Shown here: positions 48,979 to 61,608 of the stretch, piece after piece
How positions within the stretch are numbered: position 1 is the first letter of the stretch
How the letters are laid out: each line of letters begins with the position of its first letter
NCBI RefSeq assembly: GCF_964204645.1
Contig: NC_134025.1
Location: forward strand, 12,152,001 to 12,216,000
Direction: 5' to 3'
Length of the DNA stretch: 64,000 nucleotides
Source: Tubulanus polymorphus
Lineage: Eukaryota; Animalia; Nemertea
Notes under the pieces: model-generated
The model's database searches: none
Told to the model about the DNA's origin: nothing
What the model saw: the letters and a program-made list of their open reading frames with translations, nothing else
Program-made: the position numbers and the translations under genes

Positions 48979-51900
48979 CTATTGATCATCCTCTTCTGGT
49001 TCTTCTTCCTGTTCCGCGGGCTCATTCTCTTGATTTTCATCCGCCGTTTCTTCGTCTTTTGATGCCGCTGCAGTTGTTTCCTAAAATGAGTTCAGATAGT
49101 TATAGGGATAATACATCCAAGTGCAATACTTGAAGCAACTCATTATAATATGAAGACGTGGGGTTGGAACATGCATGCATAAAGCTGAAGAAAAATCAAT
49201 ACCTTGTTTCTCATTTCTGATGTGCTCAAAAATTTACCCAACTGGCCAATCTCCCAGTCACATTATTACATGCATAACAGACCCAGCAGAAATGAACTGA
49301 TTATAAATTTCAATGCAGTTAACGAAAGTGACCTGGCTGATTAGGAGAAACAAGGTATTTTTGTTTAACCTTAGCTCTTCATATAAGACTCAAGTTCATC
49401 CTTTTTCAAGAAGAAACTGAACTGGATATTCATTTTTAAATTAGCCACACTTCCATACAAAGTCTTGACGATCGGATTTTGGTGCTAGTACAGTTGAATA
49501 TCAGATCATACAGCAGAATGACAGCGCATTAATTTATACCAACCTCAGACTTAACTTCTTCACTTGGAGCTGATTCGCCGGCATCTTTTTGGCCTAGTTT
49601 TTCATCTACTAAAGCCTGTGCGGCGTCCTGAGCAATTTTTGTTTTCGTCTCGCGATCAGCCATTTGGGCATACGAGTGAAAACGATTTTTCACAACGTCT
49701 CTGATTATACCATCGAGTACCATGCGACCGTGAGTAACCTTGTTCAATTTCTCTTCGACTTGGTCCATCAACCATGGAATGAAGCCTTGCTCCACATCTG
49801 AAAAATGAGCATCAACATCGATATCATACACAATACTACTTCAGGCGAATGGCTTAACGGTATGTGCCATCAAACTACCCAGTACTCAAATTAGAACCGA
49901 AATTTTTATTAAATTAGCCATTAATACATTTTCAATTGAGTTAACCCCCGGGGTTAAAGTTGATACCAGTCTATAAACTGGCCCCCAGAAAATCACCATG
50001 GCTCTTCTATAACAGGGCCAAGTTTCGCAAAAAGGATTAAGCCGATTAATCGATTTAAAGATAAACTGAATTAAGAAAGAAATTAAATCGATTGAAGAGT
50101 TAAACCTTTGTGAAACTCCGCTCAAGTGGAACCAGACTGTAGTTAAGGAAGTATGTTCTATGAATTGAGGTACATTTTTTCCCATCTGCTTTGCGTCCCA
50201 TCTGAATAGATTACGCTAAGACTTCTACCGGTGGAAAGCCCCTACATAACTCTATCAGTTATGGAATGGAGAATGGATAAGAGCATGTTTTTGGTTGATT
50301 TCTGGATGGAAATAGTGCCTTTTTTGTTGGTACTGTTGTCAAAAATCATCCCTAGGTCTGCCCTGTATCAACCAAATCGTAAGATCATGTTTACGAGATG
50401 CTCGATTAGCAGGAAATATGCACAACCTTAGTTCCTAGTTAGAAAATATTAGTCTTTATCAATGTGTACCTCGCTCAACAGGATCGTAAAAGTATCCATT
50501 GTCTGCCAATGTACCAAATACTGATGGCACCAAATCGGCGAGATAGCTTTGAGCAAATGCACGTGCAGCGATCTTATCTGCAGTTTCTTTTTCACGTTCC
50601 AAAATGTCTCGTTGTTGCTTCTTCCTTCGTTCCTGCAAATTCAATCAATTACCAAATTACATTGGCATCATCTTATTAGCATATAATCTTCTATTTTAAC
50701 CATAATGATTCGATGGACATTTTCTTAGCCAGTGTCAAAACCAAGTCAACCCAAAGCCATCCTCTGATATCCTTGGATGCTGGATGCCGTGATTTAGATA
50801 TTCTATTAGACATCCATGACAGCAACAACACAACTTGTATCTACTATTCTGAAGACAAAAAAGCCAATGATACAGCTCTCTGACTTTCTTGTTGTAACTG
50901 AATCTAACTATCTATGAACTCAGTCTGAAGTATACCGAGTCTCTTTGTTTGCCTAAAACACAGCTGAATCAAAACAAATGCCTCTGACGATTAACAAAGA
51001 TAGACACTTGTAGAAATCTAAAATACATTTCTTAGAATAATGAAAATTCATCCCACTGGTAATGAATTTCAGATGATGATTTAATTAGACAGTGTCACTA
51101 GGTTGTCATTCTAGCGCAACAGCAAGCTTTTCCAAGCATAAGAGTTTTCTTAAAGTCAATTCAAGACTTTTACAAAATTATGACTCAAAGCTTAACATCA
51201 TGGTAGAAATCTAGCAAATACTTTTCAAGACAAAAACATACTTTCTCTTCTCTGTGTCGTCTTTCTTGTTCTTCTAGTCGCTGTTGTTCTACCAATTCGG
51301 CATTTCGTAGTTCTTCAAACGCGCGCTGTTGTGATCGCAGATTTGCTAGCTCTTCTTCTTCCATCACTTCGAGCAACGACTGTTCAACTGTTTTGCCGAC
51401 CAAAACTTCCAGAATTGGACGAACTTCGACGTCGAAGTTGAAGAGCTAAATATAATTTTTAGATAATTGCACTTTATACAAGCTGTTGAGAGACATCAAT
51501 GGTGAATTTTAGATTGACAGGGAACTCATTTGCATATTGTAATTGAAATCTTTTCAATGGAGCAGTATAGGTGCAAGTGGCTTTAAGAGCATTTGACACT
51601 AGAACCCTTTGGACTTCTTAGTTTCTCTCTATCTGGTTTATATCATATCATACTAAACTTTCGCAATTTGACTGCCAATGATATTAATGCGTTGTGAATA
51701 CTGGCATCTAAAGCTATTATTTATTAGAAATAAATGATCGCTGATTTCCCCAATCTAAAACTTACATCTCCTTCCAATATTTGAGTAGCGACATCAACTC
51801 CAGACTTTGCAGGAATGAATAATGGAGATGGAGGACGGTCAAGAAATGCATCTGTTTGACAATCGACATCAGCTTCTTCGACTCGATCACTTAGTTCTTC

Positions 51901-53737
51901 CAGATATAATTCCGTCTGCACATCGATGTGCTTTCGGCCTTCAACCGGTTCTGGGGACCGAGGGCGAAGTTGGTCTTTGGCACGCTTTTTCGCTAATGCC
52001 CGACGACGCGATTCTTGTTGTCTCTGAATCTCGATTGGATCGGGCTGTGCCGACTGAAAAATAAATTTGAAAGCAAGATTTATTTCAGCGATTCTTTAAG
52101 TTAACATCAATGGATTGCTGTGTGGATCTGGAGTTCGGTCCCACAATTGAGCCTCAGTGGGCCTCTCAGATTAGCCTCAGTGGGCTGACAAGCATGTTTT
52201 TGAATCCTGTTGGCTGCTTGAGTGTGGGCACACTTTAAAAAAGGCCAAAAAATGTTCCTGTCATCATGAATGATGAACATTATGATAAAATCACATTATC
52301 AAGATGAACATTCAGTAATCGTGAAGTGAAATGAACAATGCTATAGGGTTTGTTTCAGGAATCCAAGATTTTAAAATGACGTCAATAGAAAAAAAAAACA
52401 TAACTGTGATGATCATAAGTGCTAAAATACTTACAGCAGGCAGTGTGTGCTGGGCATAGGTATTGCCTCTGACAATCCTTCTGTCATACATGATGTTGGC
52501 ATACACGCTATTGCTAACATTTTGTTGCCTAGAGAAAAGATAATTTCATAGAAATGACTTTCTCACGACATCACTATTTCATTTTAGTAAAAAAATAGAA
52601 GCCCTATCAGATTATGAACTCTAAACCAGAGTCTGTATTTAAGAGTAGTTGCATTCATATGTTCGAAGGAGAGTCTAGTTTTTACAAAACATGCACTCCC
52701 TGATTGTATGTTTAAAATGATGTTTGGCTGACATAGACGTGGAAAATAAGGAGAGGTTATTATACTCTTGACATTGCAAGTCCCCAACGATTGCACTCAA
52801 ATTTTATAACATAAACAACATAGCTCTAAAAATAACCTGAATATAGATTTCAACAAGAGATCCACGGATCTTCATATCTTGGGCGCAGAATGTTATCTTT
52901 GTAATGTAAAGGCGCCATCTGATCGATGCATCTTTAAGGTTTTCCTTGAACACTTCATGAATGTGTAAAATCTGCTGATTTCGGAGAACAACATCATCGA
53001 AATCTAATCAGCAATCATCGCAACAATACACGAGGTTTGGGCCTATTCGATTGTGCGCGCATAATCATCCGTGAAGTAGCGTATCGATTGAATCTTCGGT
53101 TATTTGCATAATGAAATAGATATGGGGAGACGGGACCGATACTACGGCTATCAAATTAAAAATGAACATATAAGAATCTCCCATGACTGGGAAATTAGAA
53201 ACTAGAACCGAGCAGATTAATAGGTGAGAAGATTAAAAGACCAGTTTGTCTGCATCAATCGAATATGCCCTTACATTGATTGACATCGGGAGCTCAGCCA
53301 ACCGCAGGGAGCAGTTTATTTTACTTCTATGTAACGTTGTACATCGGCCTTCTAGCCGTTTTATGAGACATAATGCTCCTTGAAATTTCTTTAAAAATCG
53401 CCACAAATTCGTCGATTTCTCTTAAATGAACGCGATATTCAAAATTCCATTTCCAACAGACTTTACCGCATGATGAAGCTACATTTTGCACATAAACATA
53501 GTAGATTGCATGACTTCGTGTCAAAGTTATAACCTCATTTGTTAGCAAAAATTCGATTTTTGGACCCATTACAATATCTAGGGCTTGGCCCGAGATAATA
53601 AGGGAGGTAGCATATAGGCCTACTCACTGTTGGGCTTCTCTGTATTTTTTTCTCTGTTGAACTGGTCGAGGCTGACTGGCGAATGTGTACGTAGCATCAC
53701 CGTTTTTTTGTGGTAGAACAGTAGTCATTCTGGTCAT
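48979..53737 (-). CDS. RSPH3: Radial spoke head protein 3, 7 coding exons
   Basis: Exons 53628-53737 (or ATG at 53728), 52435-52528, 51766-52053, 51242-51445, 50470-50632, 49544-49797, 48979-49080. Motifs YTFASQPR, NIMYDRRIVRGNTYA, GRKHIDVQTELYLEEL, FLDRPPSPLFIPAKSGVDVATQILEGDLF.FDVEV.PILEVLVGKT.EQ.LLEVMEEEEL, GYFYDPVE. Confidence 0.97.
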
Positions 53738-55402
53738 TTATGATTTCCTATCTATCTGAAGCTTGAAGTTCGGCTAATTCTACTGCTATCTTGCACTGTC
53801 GATCTATGAATTTTGCCGAAAACCTGCGGAGAATTGTTCGTCGAGACAGTCCAGGTTGTTTACAAATGGCCGCCGTGAAAACCAGGGGCGCACTAATCTA
53901 ATAGTCCAATTTTGCAATCGTAACATTCACTAAATCCAGTCGTTCTTCACCCTTTCGTCGATTTTAAATGAAACATCTGATCAATTTCGGTAAGTATATT
54001 GATGCATAAAACGATTTAACGATCAGAAAATGGAAACAGACTGACAAATACTATTTTCTACGCGTAAGCGTTTGACGCAGCACGCACTAAATATTGTTAT
54101 CCGTCGCTTGGTTACGGATGCGGATACGAGGGTTCGAGTCCTGATATTTAGACTGCGTAAATTATATCTTTTCGTTTTATTCGCACGAATAGTCTTTAGT
54201 CTTTTAATAATCTTTTTCACTTTTAACGTTTATTCGTATATATCTAGGTGAGTTTTTTGCGTAGGCTAGGTTTGGGAATCGAACTCTGATATAACTCTGC
54301 TAACTGTGAATTAACCCTTAGCTTAGATCCTTTCCGGATCTGAACTATCACGAACCATTCTGATCTTGTTCATTTCCGGTCCTTCATTTCCAGCATTTCA
54401 GTTTTGCTGTGATCGATCATGGCCCTGTTTTGTGGACGTACCATTTCCCGTCTGTGTGTAAAATCCACTCAATCATATCTCAGACGAGGAGCGTTAATTC
54501 AGCAACAAAACCAGCAGTTGCACAGAAGACTCATTACGCAATCGACAGCGCTTCCGAAAGAAAAGTAAGTCAAATTTCAATCAAGTTTATTTTTTATGTT
54601 GTTAACAGGTTAATGTAACCGAATAGGCCGGGCACAGTAACCGACTGGCTCTCCGGGCCAGATTTTCAACAACGGCTGTGCCAGACAATATACTGCCGCT
54701 CAGTACTGGCCTACAGCTTGGCCTCTCTTATACGCACGGGCCGGGCCAAATAACCACGTCAGGGATCCCCTCTGCAAGTCGTGCCTCCTATTGGGTAGGG
54801 TATGAAAGCCGGTCGCGGCCGCTGGAATATCTCAATCGGAGGTCTTTATTTTGTAATAACATCCTGTGTACCACAGAGACTAAGATGCGAACGACATTTT
54901 GTCAATACTTTTGAATCACTGTGACTTTAAACCACCAGAAATCCAGTTTCACTAAACCGATAGTGAAAAATAAACTCTCTTTACAAACCTCAAACATTCA
55001 GTTTTCTTATTATTATATTCATTGGGAGGTTCCTTCATCATGGTCCGTGCTTGATGCGATATAAATACAGAAATAGCAAAAATTACACCATTTTTTCACT
55101 TTGACACTAGGCATTGTGACACTGTAGTTCGTTAGCAACAAGACACTTGAGCAATGCGTGTCTCATCGCTAAACAGCGCATCACTTTTGTATCTTAAATT
55201 TAATCGTACTAAAATCAGAATTATCGTCAAAATGATATAATGAACAAACGTAAGACATCATAAGGTTAGTGTAGATAGTTTATTTATCAAAATCGGTTGT
55301 TTATTTGCTGAGATATCGCAGTTTGAACACGGACAAAAAAGCCGACCAAATTCTGGTCGGCAACTGTACAGCGACTTTGAATCCACGCGTCTGGGTGGTT
55401 GG

Positions 55403-55468
55403 TTACACTAGGATCGTAGAGCGACGGAGATCACTGGTGGAGACAACCACTGCCAGTGCTGGGTGAAT
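55403..55468 (-). repeat. Dispersed repeat of about 100 bp, copy 3 (partial)
   Basis: Exact reverse complement of about 33912-33978. Confidence 0.8.
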
Positions 55469-55929
55469 TAAAAACTCAACTATTTAATGAAAAGTCATGC
55501 GCTTTATTTAATACATACTGATATTAAAAAATTCAAAATTTTTTATTTAATACATAATACCAAAATTTTTTATTTGATACATTATACAACTAACACATTA
55601 TTCAATAAGGTAATATATTGTTCTTAAGGCTTTAGCCCACACTGAAAGCTACTTTTCTCATTTCTTATAATTGTGCTTGCTGAAAATGTTGTAGAATTTA
55701 TTGTTTGTGTTTTCTCCCCTTTAACCTCTATATAGCATGTCATGCTTTCCGCTTTATCTAATACATACTGATATTCAAAAGTTTACTTAAAATTAGAGTT
55801 AGACATCTGGGCCTAGTTGCACATTCGTGACTTAAGTCCAAAAGTGACCTTAAATCTTAAGACTGGTCTTAAGTTGTTAGATTAGCCATAGAACTAAGTT
55901 GGTCTTTAGACTGGTCTTAAGTGCACCAC

Positions 55930-57820
55930 AACACACTGCACATTCTACAATCTGCCGAGCTACATTCCCATTAATCTTCTGGCATTCGAAATGCAGCTAA
56001 CGCATACAAAAATCACATTGAATCCATTTAAGGTCCTTTTTTGTTGGTTCACTGCAAAATGGCATTTCACAAATTTTGTTGCAGTTGCGCGAGCTGTAAT
56101 GCAATATACGGTTCGAAACGTATGATCTGAAGATATCACAATGTTGCTGGCGCATAATTTTTGGAGTTACGCCGTTTGCAATTGCCTCAGCATTCTGAAA
56201 AATAAAGGAGTAAATTGCTGTAAACTTGTGTCTACTGTAATCTATTTTGAAAAATCCTCAGTTTAATAAAAATGCAAAACCTACCATCAATAGGAATATC
56301 CCACAGCTAATTCCATCGGTTTGGGTCGACTGGGAATAATGGCGGTAAGACCACCCAAGTTTCAGATTTGTGTCCTCAATCACCACTTCGCTATGTACTT
56401 TCATAAATTTCCTTATAAAAAGTAGAAACAATCAATAATTTGACTGAAAAATTGCATTTCATGGGCTATAGAAAGTTGAGACACATGTAAATGCAAAGGG
56501 CAGATGTGGTCAAATTTTTTATGGTCTTAAATTGCATGAACGAACCTCCACATCTCTGATATTTGTTGCTCATGTTTCTGACGCGTAGGTAGAGAATTTA
56601 ACACCGTCTTTTCCTTAATATCAGCTGATAGTAGAATCCAATGGTCACAGATACAAATTGGTATCATTACAATATCAAACTTCGAAAAAATTACCTTAAA
56701 GTAAATAAAAAGTCATTTAAAAGTAAAACATTTAGCATTCAAACATAGCATTCAGTGAAATGTAATCAAGCAAATTATGAGTACTTATTTTTTCGTACAA
56801 CCATTCCTACAAATTATCGTTCAGCCATTTGTTATACACGAACGATGGTATTATGTATATTTCAACAGCAGTTTGGAGAGCAAGCCCAGGTAAGCATATG
56901 TATGATCCGGAAAAATATAATTTATTGGTGTTTTTTGTTGTTTTGAAATAGAATATAACGTGAATCTATGTTTTTTTCAGAAAAATTTCATATTTTGAAA
57001 ATATATTCATAACCAAGTAATTGAGTAGTCTAATTCACTTACAGCGTCATCGCACCATCCATCCAAACTTTTTAGGTTGTTCTCTCTGATGATGGTATTC
57101 ATGACGTTTAATGTTTCATCCGTCTTGCCGAAATTCTTTCTTCGCCCTACAAACTTGGCATCCTTATGGTCCGGTGTAGTTTTGAGTGTCTCAGACATCT
57201 TTACTGGTGGAATATTGTGCCTGAATGATTCAATCAGGATAGCCCCTAAATGACACACTTAGGTTCCAGTTATGTTGACCTCTTTACATTTTTCCTGTAA
57301 TCTACCCAGTATTCGAGAAAGAGTATCTTCATGTTCTTCTAAAACTTGTAGGTAGAATGAGTTTGCTATCGATTCTGGCTTGCTGTCGCCAATTTTTTTC
57401 GGTAATTTGAAGTCTGAAGACTCGATCTTATCAATGATATCCTGAATAGTACAGCGGTCAATGGATGCTATGAAATCTAGCACATCACTTTTAGGAGACC
57501 TACATGGAGATTGTGTATCAGCAACTATTTCTTTTGGGTTTTCAGCTTTTTCTGCTTTTAATTCGGGTGTGGATGTCGCAACCGGGCTCTGGACTTCTCT
57601 CACAACTTCTAAATACGACGACGTTAAAACTTCTCAATGCTTTCTTCTACTTCTATTTCATCCTCAAAGCGCAGGATCTTTTGAGATTTTTCACGATCAT
57701 CGGTTTTCATGATGCTTTTCGGTGTTTCCAGTCGAGTAGTGTCATTGATGTAGTCAGGACATACTGATCGTGTAGCTGGCTGCAGAAGATGCCGATGGCC
57801 GTTAGGCAAAGCACAGGTCA
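55930..57820 (-). pseudogene. Degraded, intron-containing Ulp1/SENP-like (C48) protease plus PHD finger gene, probably transposon-borne
   Basis: Pieces on the minus strand: KSLDGWCDDA (about 57045), FDIVMIPICICDHWILLSAD (about 56620-56690), STQTDGISCGIFLLM (about 56285-56330), NAEAIA and CEMPFC...WIQCDFCMR*LHFEC...ECAVC (about 55932-56195). Several in-frame stops. Confidence 0.75.
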
Positions 57821-57858
57821 CCGCCTAACGGGTCTCCGCTCCGATATTTCTGTCAGGG

Positions 57859-59123
57859 TTTTTAGCCCACTTGGGACTTTAGTCCCAGCGGGCTATTGCG
57901 TTCACTTTTCGTCCGTCCGTCCGTAGACGGAATCCAGTTATTTTGGGAAGTTTTGAAGACGCTTCAAGGTAACGTCTTGATATTTGGGTTACACGTGTAT
58001 CTGCCCTAGACACATCTTCAGCCCAAAAACTGGCCCTGTCAGAATCAAGATGGCCGACTAGCAGCCATTGTTGTTCGCCAAGATCAGCACTTTTTACACA
58101 TTTTTGAACTTTTTGAGGGAAATTTTGAAGACGCTTTGATCAATTACCTTGATCTTTCGGATATATGTGAATCCCCCCAGGGTACATCAACATAACAAAA
58201 ATTGGGTCGGTCGGACTCAAGATGGCCGTCCTATGACCTTTTTAGTGCCCAAAATTAACAAATTAGTTTTGGCCCGAATTCTGAATCCTGTAGCTTCATA
58301 CTGGTTTGCCATTTCTCATTGCAATTTGTGATGGGTATTCTTTGGAAAGGGATGTTTTATAACTGAGACAGGTATTTTTCATCAGCCAATTATGACGCAA
58401 TTGGCGGCCATCTTTGTGTCACCAGTACTCATTCATAAGTGGGAAAAAGTTTTTCCACATTATATTGATACCTAAGCGTATTTTGCTACCACAATCAATT
58501 AGAAAGTTGTAGCTCATAACGTGTTCTATGATTGTGGTGAGTTTCAAGGTAATTTGATTTCGTATATGGCCACCAGGGGGCGTTGAATAATACAATATCT
58601 TCGCATTTCTTTATTATATTCGTACCTATGCATATTTTGTAACCACAATCAATTGGAAAGTTGTAGCTCATGACATCATCTATGATTGTTGCGAGTTTTA
58701 AGGACATAAGTTTTTCTATATGGTCACCAGGGGGCGTTGAATAGTAGAATAACTTAGTATTTCCTAATTATATTGGTACCTAGGCATATTTTGTTACCAT
58801 GATCAATTGCAAAGTTGTAGTTCATGACATGTTCTATGATTGTGGTGAGTTTCGAGGTCATTGGGTTTTGAATATGGTCACCAGGGGGCGTTGAATAGTA
58901 GAATGACTTAGTATTTCCATATTAAATTGGTAACGAGGCATATTTTGTTACCACAATCAATTACAAAATCGTAGCTGCTGAAATGTTCTATGATTGTGGT
59001 GAGTTTCAAGGTCGTTGGTTTTTGTAAATGGTCACCAGGGGGCGTTGAATATTGAAATTGTTAGATTGTTGAGCATTTGAAACCACTTCCCAAGTGGGCA
59101 TGGTGTCCCTGGACCCCTAGTTT
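57859..59123 (+). mobile_element. Helentron-associated / DINE-1-like element, copy 2 (4 internal units)
   Basis: Same termini as copy 1. Removing it rejoins TGTCAGGG-TTT-CCCTTAGCC, an insertion into a T-run with no TSD. Confidence 0.87.
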
Positions 59124-59291
59124 CCCTTAGCCTTACTCTATCCCTAGCAACCCACAAGGCAGTGGGGCTAATTAACCCATAACTGGGGCTTGGTTGGTAA
59201 GTAACCAGGGCATGTCCACACGCCGGTGGGCCTGCGCATCTTACCTCTGGGGGCCAAGCTCCTCCGAGACCTCAGCGCTCCGAGGTCTCAG

Positions 59292-61460
59292 ATACTTTCA
59301 CCGGTTGTCCTTTCTAGATTGACAAAGTCAAAAAAAAACTTCCTTGATAACATCATTGTCTAAAAATCGTAGACACACTGAGAGAACTTCTTGGTTGGCA
59401 TAAGTATCGGTTACTTCGTCAGCTATAATAGCAAACAAAGCATCAGGATGTTGCAGACATTTGGTTAATTTTTCTCGAATTTGAAGTCCAATAATATTAA
59501 GAATATCATTCTGTACAGTCTTTGAAGTATATTTTGCATTTCTTTTACCAGTTTCAAGATGTTCACTGAAGACTTTGTCGTGTTTGCCAAGTAGATCAAG
59601 AATGGCCAAGAAGTTTCCCCGATTAGAAGTAGTAGATGTATGATCATCTCGATGACCTCGGAGCGGGATATTCTGCTTTCCACAGAAGATGACCGCTTCC
59701 ACAACAGTCCGTAGAATATGAATGTTTTTTTCGAAAATCTCTTTTGACTTTTCACTCATACAATGACCGTTGATTCTGGTCTTTTCACAGAATCTTTCAA
59801 AAGAATAGCATCCGACATAGCATTTTTATGAAAATCGGTTTTTTCGTGTTTATCTAAGATTCCGTCAGAGCCTTTTGCGCGGCCATAGTTTTTGAAAGCA
59901 CAGGAAACTAACTGTCCAGTTTTCACGCGTCGATCTTTAGGAGGAAACATAACGCAATACTTGCAGAGACCGCCCTGCAATGCTGGCAAATAGGCTTAAC
60001 ATGGATAATCAGAAAGCCAACTTCTCTGGAATCTCAATGTAATATATCGTTGTTTCGACGGCTTGTAGATCAATTGATGTTCAAATTCGTAGTTGTTTCC
60101 CGGTATGAAATGATTGTCCAAATAAGCAACCTTCTCTACGTTATCTGAAAAGAAAATTATTGTTATTTAGTAGTATTTAGTCATATGTTTAATAATGGTT
60201 ACATGCGTTACTTTTTAGATTTGCATAGAATAGCTGATGTCATGCTATGACAAATATTTCGAATGTTAAGGAAAATTATACCTATCATATCGCCGATTGA
60301 GTTGTTGTTCTCATCACCCTCCACTTCTTCATTGATGACATCATGTCCCTCTGACGATTCATCGTGGTCTAAAAAGTTGACGGATTCAACAACCACTGGC
60401 GCACCAGATCTACAGAATATGAAAATATTCTAATACTTATGTACCCCTGTCAGCATGCTTATTATTTAAACTGCCCTTTTTGTATCAATGCAAATATCAC
60501 AGGAAGGTTTATGTGCCGATGAACATATTTACCCTATTCGAGGTGCATGTTCCTCCAATGCCGCATCAATATGTTCTGCAGGTTCCACATCGGGATGTAC
60601 AATAACAGGTTCGACAGTCGTCACACCAGATCTACATAAAGAAATTGATAATAGGCTCTTATGCAAAATCCTAATACGGCAATTTCATCGGAAAAACACG
60701 TTTAGCAGATTTTCAGTGCCCTTTTTTAAGATAAGAAAACGCGGGTGAAAACTATGTGCCCCTATCAGTATATTTATCGCATTTTAAGTGCCCTTTTTTA
60801 TCAAAACAAATACCATAGACAGTGTGCCAATGAGCATATTTACTCTAATCGAGGTGCATGTTCCTCCAATGCCGCATCAATATGTTCTGCAGGTTCTGCA
60901 TCGGGATGTACTATAACAGGTTCGACAGCCGTCACACCAGATCTACATAAGTTGATAATAGGCTCTTATGCAAGATGGTAATACGACAACGTCAATACCA
61001 AGCATGTCTATACCAAGCATGTCTACCACATTTTCAATGCCCTTTAAAGATTTGAAAACATGGGTGAAAAATGTGCCCCTATATCAGTATATGAGAATGA
61101 ACTATGTTCAATAATATGCCCCTGATAAAATTCTCATCAGAATCATATTAATCCATTCTAGTGCCACCAAATACATCAGTTATGACGGGACAGACTAGGC
61201 CTACTAGTAGTACTATGTCCTCCGTTCGACGAACGAATTCTGTCGTGTTTCAACGTCAAAATTTCTATCTGATCACTATCTTTACCTGAACAAATCTGTA
61301 ATCTTTGCTGTCTTCGACGCCGCCGCAATATTTTCCTGCTTTTTTTGTTTTCAATATCTTTCTTTTCGCGGCATATTCAGAGAAAGTTAATAAAAAAATT
61401 TCTTATCACTTCAGCTAGCGTAAGGTCGCCATGTTGTGTACCGAAACGCGGCCCCGGAGA
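59292..61460 (-). pseudogene. hAT transposase pseudogene (TTF-type zinc finger plus DUF4371, PRKRIR/ZMYM1-like), intron-containing, 3'-truncated
   Basis: RFQRSWLSDYPC*AY...GGLCKYCVMF, HEKTDFH, IFCGKQNIPLRGHRDD..NRGNFLAIL, NAKYTSKTVQNDIL, FAIIADEVTD..QEVLSVCLRF. Stops and a frameshift at about 59757. Confidence 0.88.
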
Positions 61461-61608
61461 TAGACACCGGACAACGCGAGGCGGCAAACAGCCGGCGCAG
61501 GAGCACTGGATTTTTCAGCAGCACGTTTTTTAAAAAGGGCACTTGTCCAAAAAGGGGTGGGTTCGAACCCACGGAAGCTAACATGATATAAGGCGATATA
61601 ACAGGCTA

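Noticed and set aside
54115-54145. tRNA-like B box GGTTCGAGTCC (also GGTTCGAACCC at about 61560)
   Set aside because: Isolated motif with no cloverleaf; the 61560 one looks like hAT subterminal sequence.
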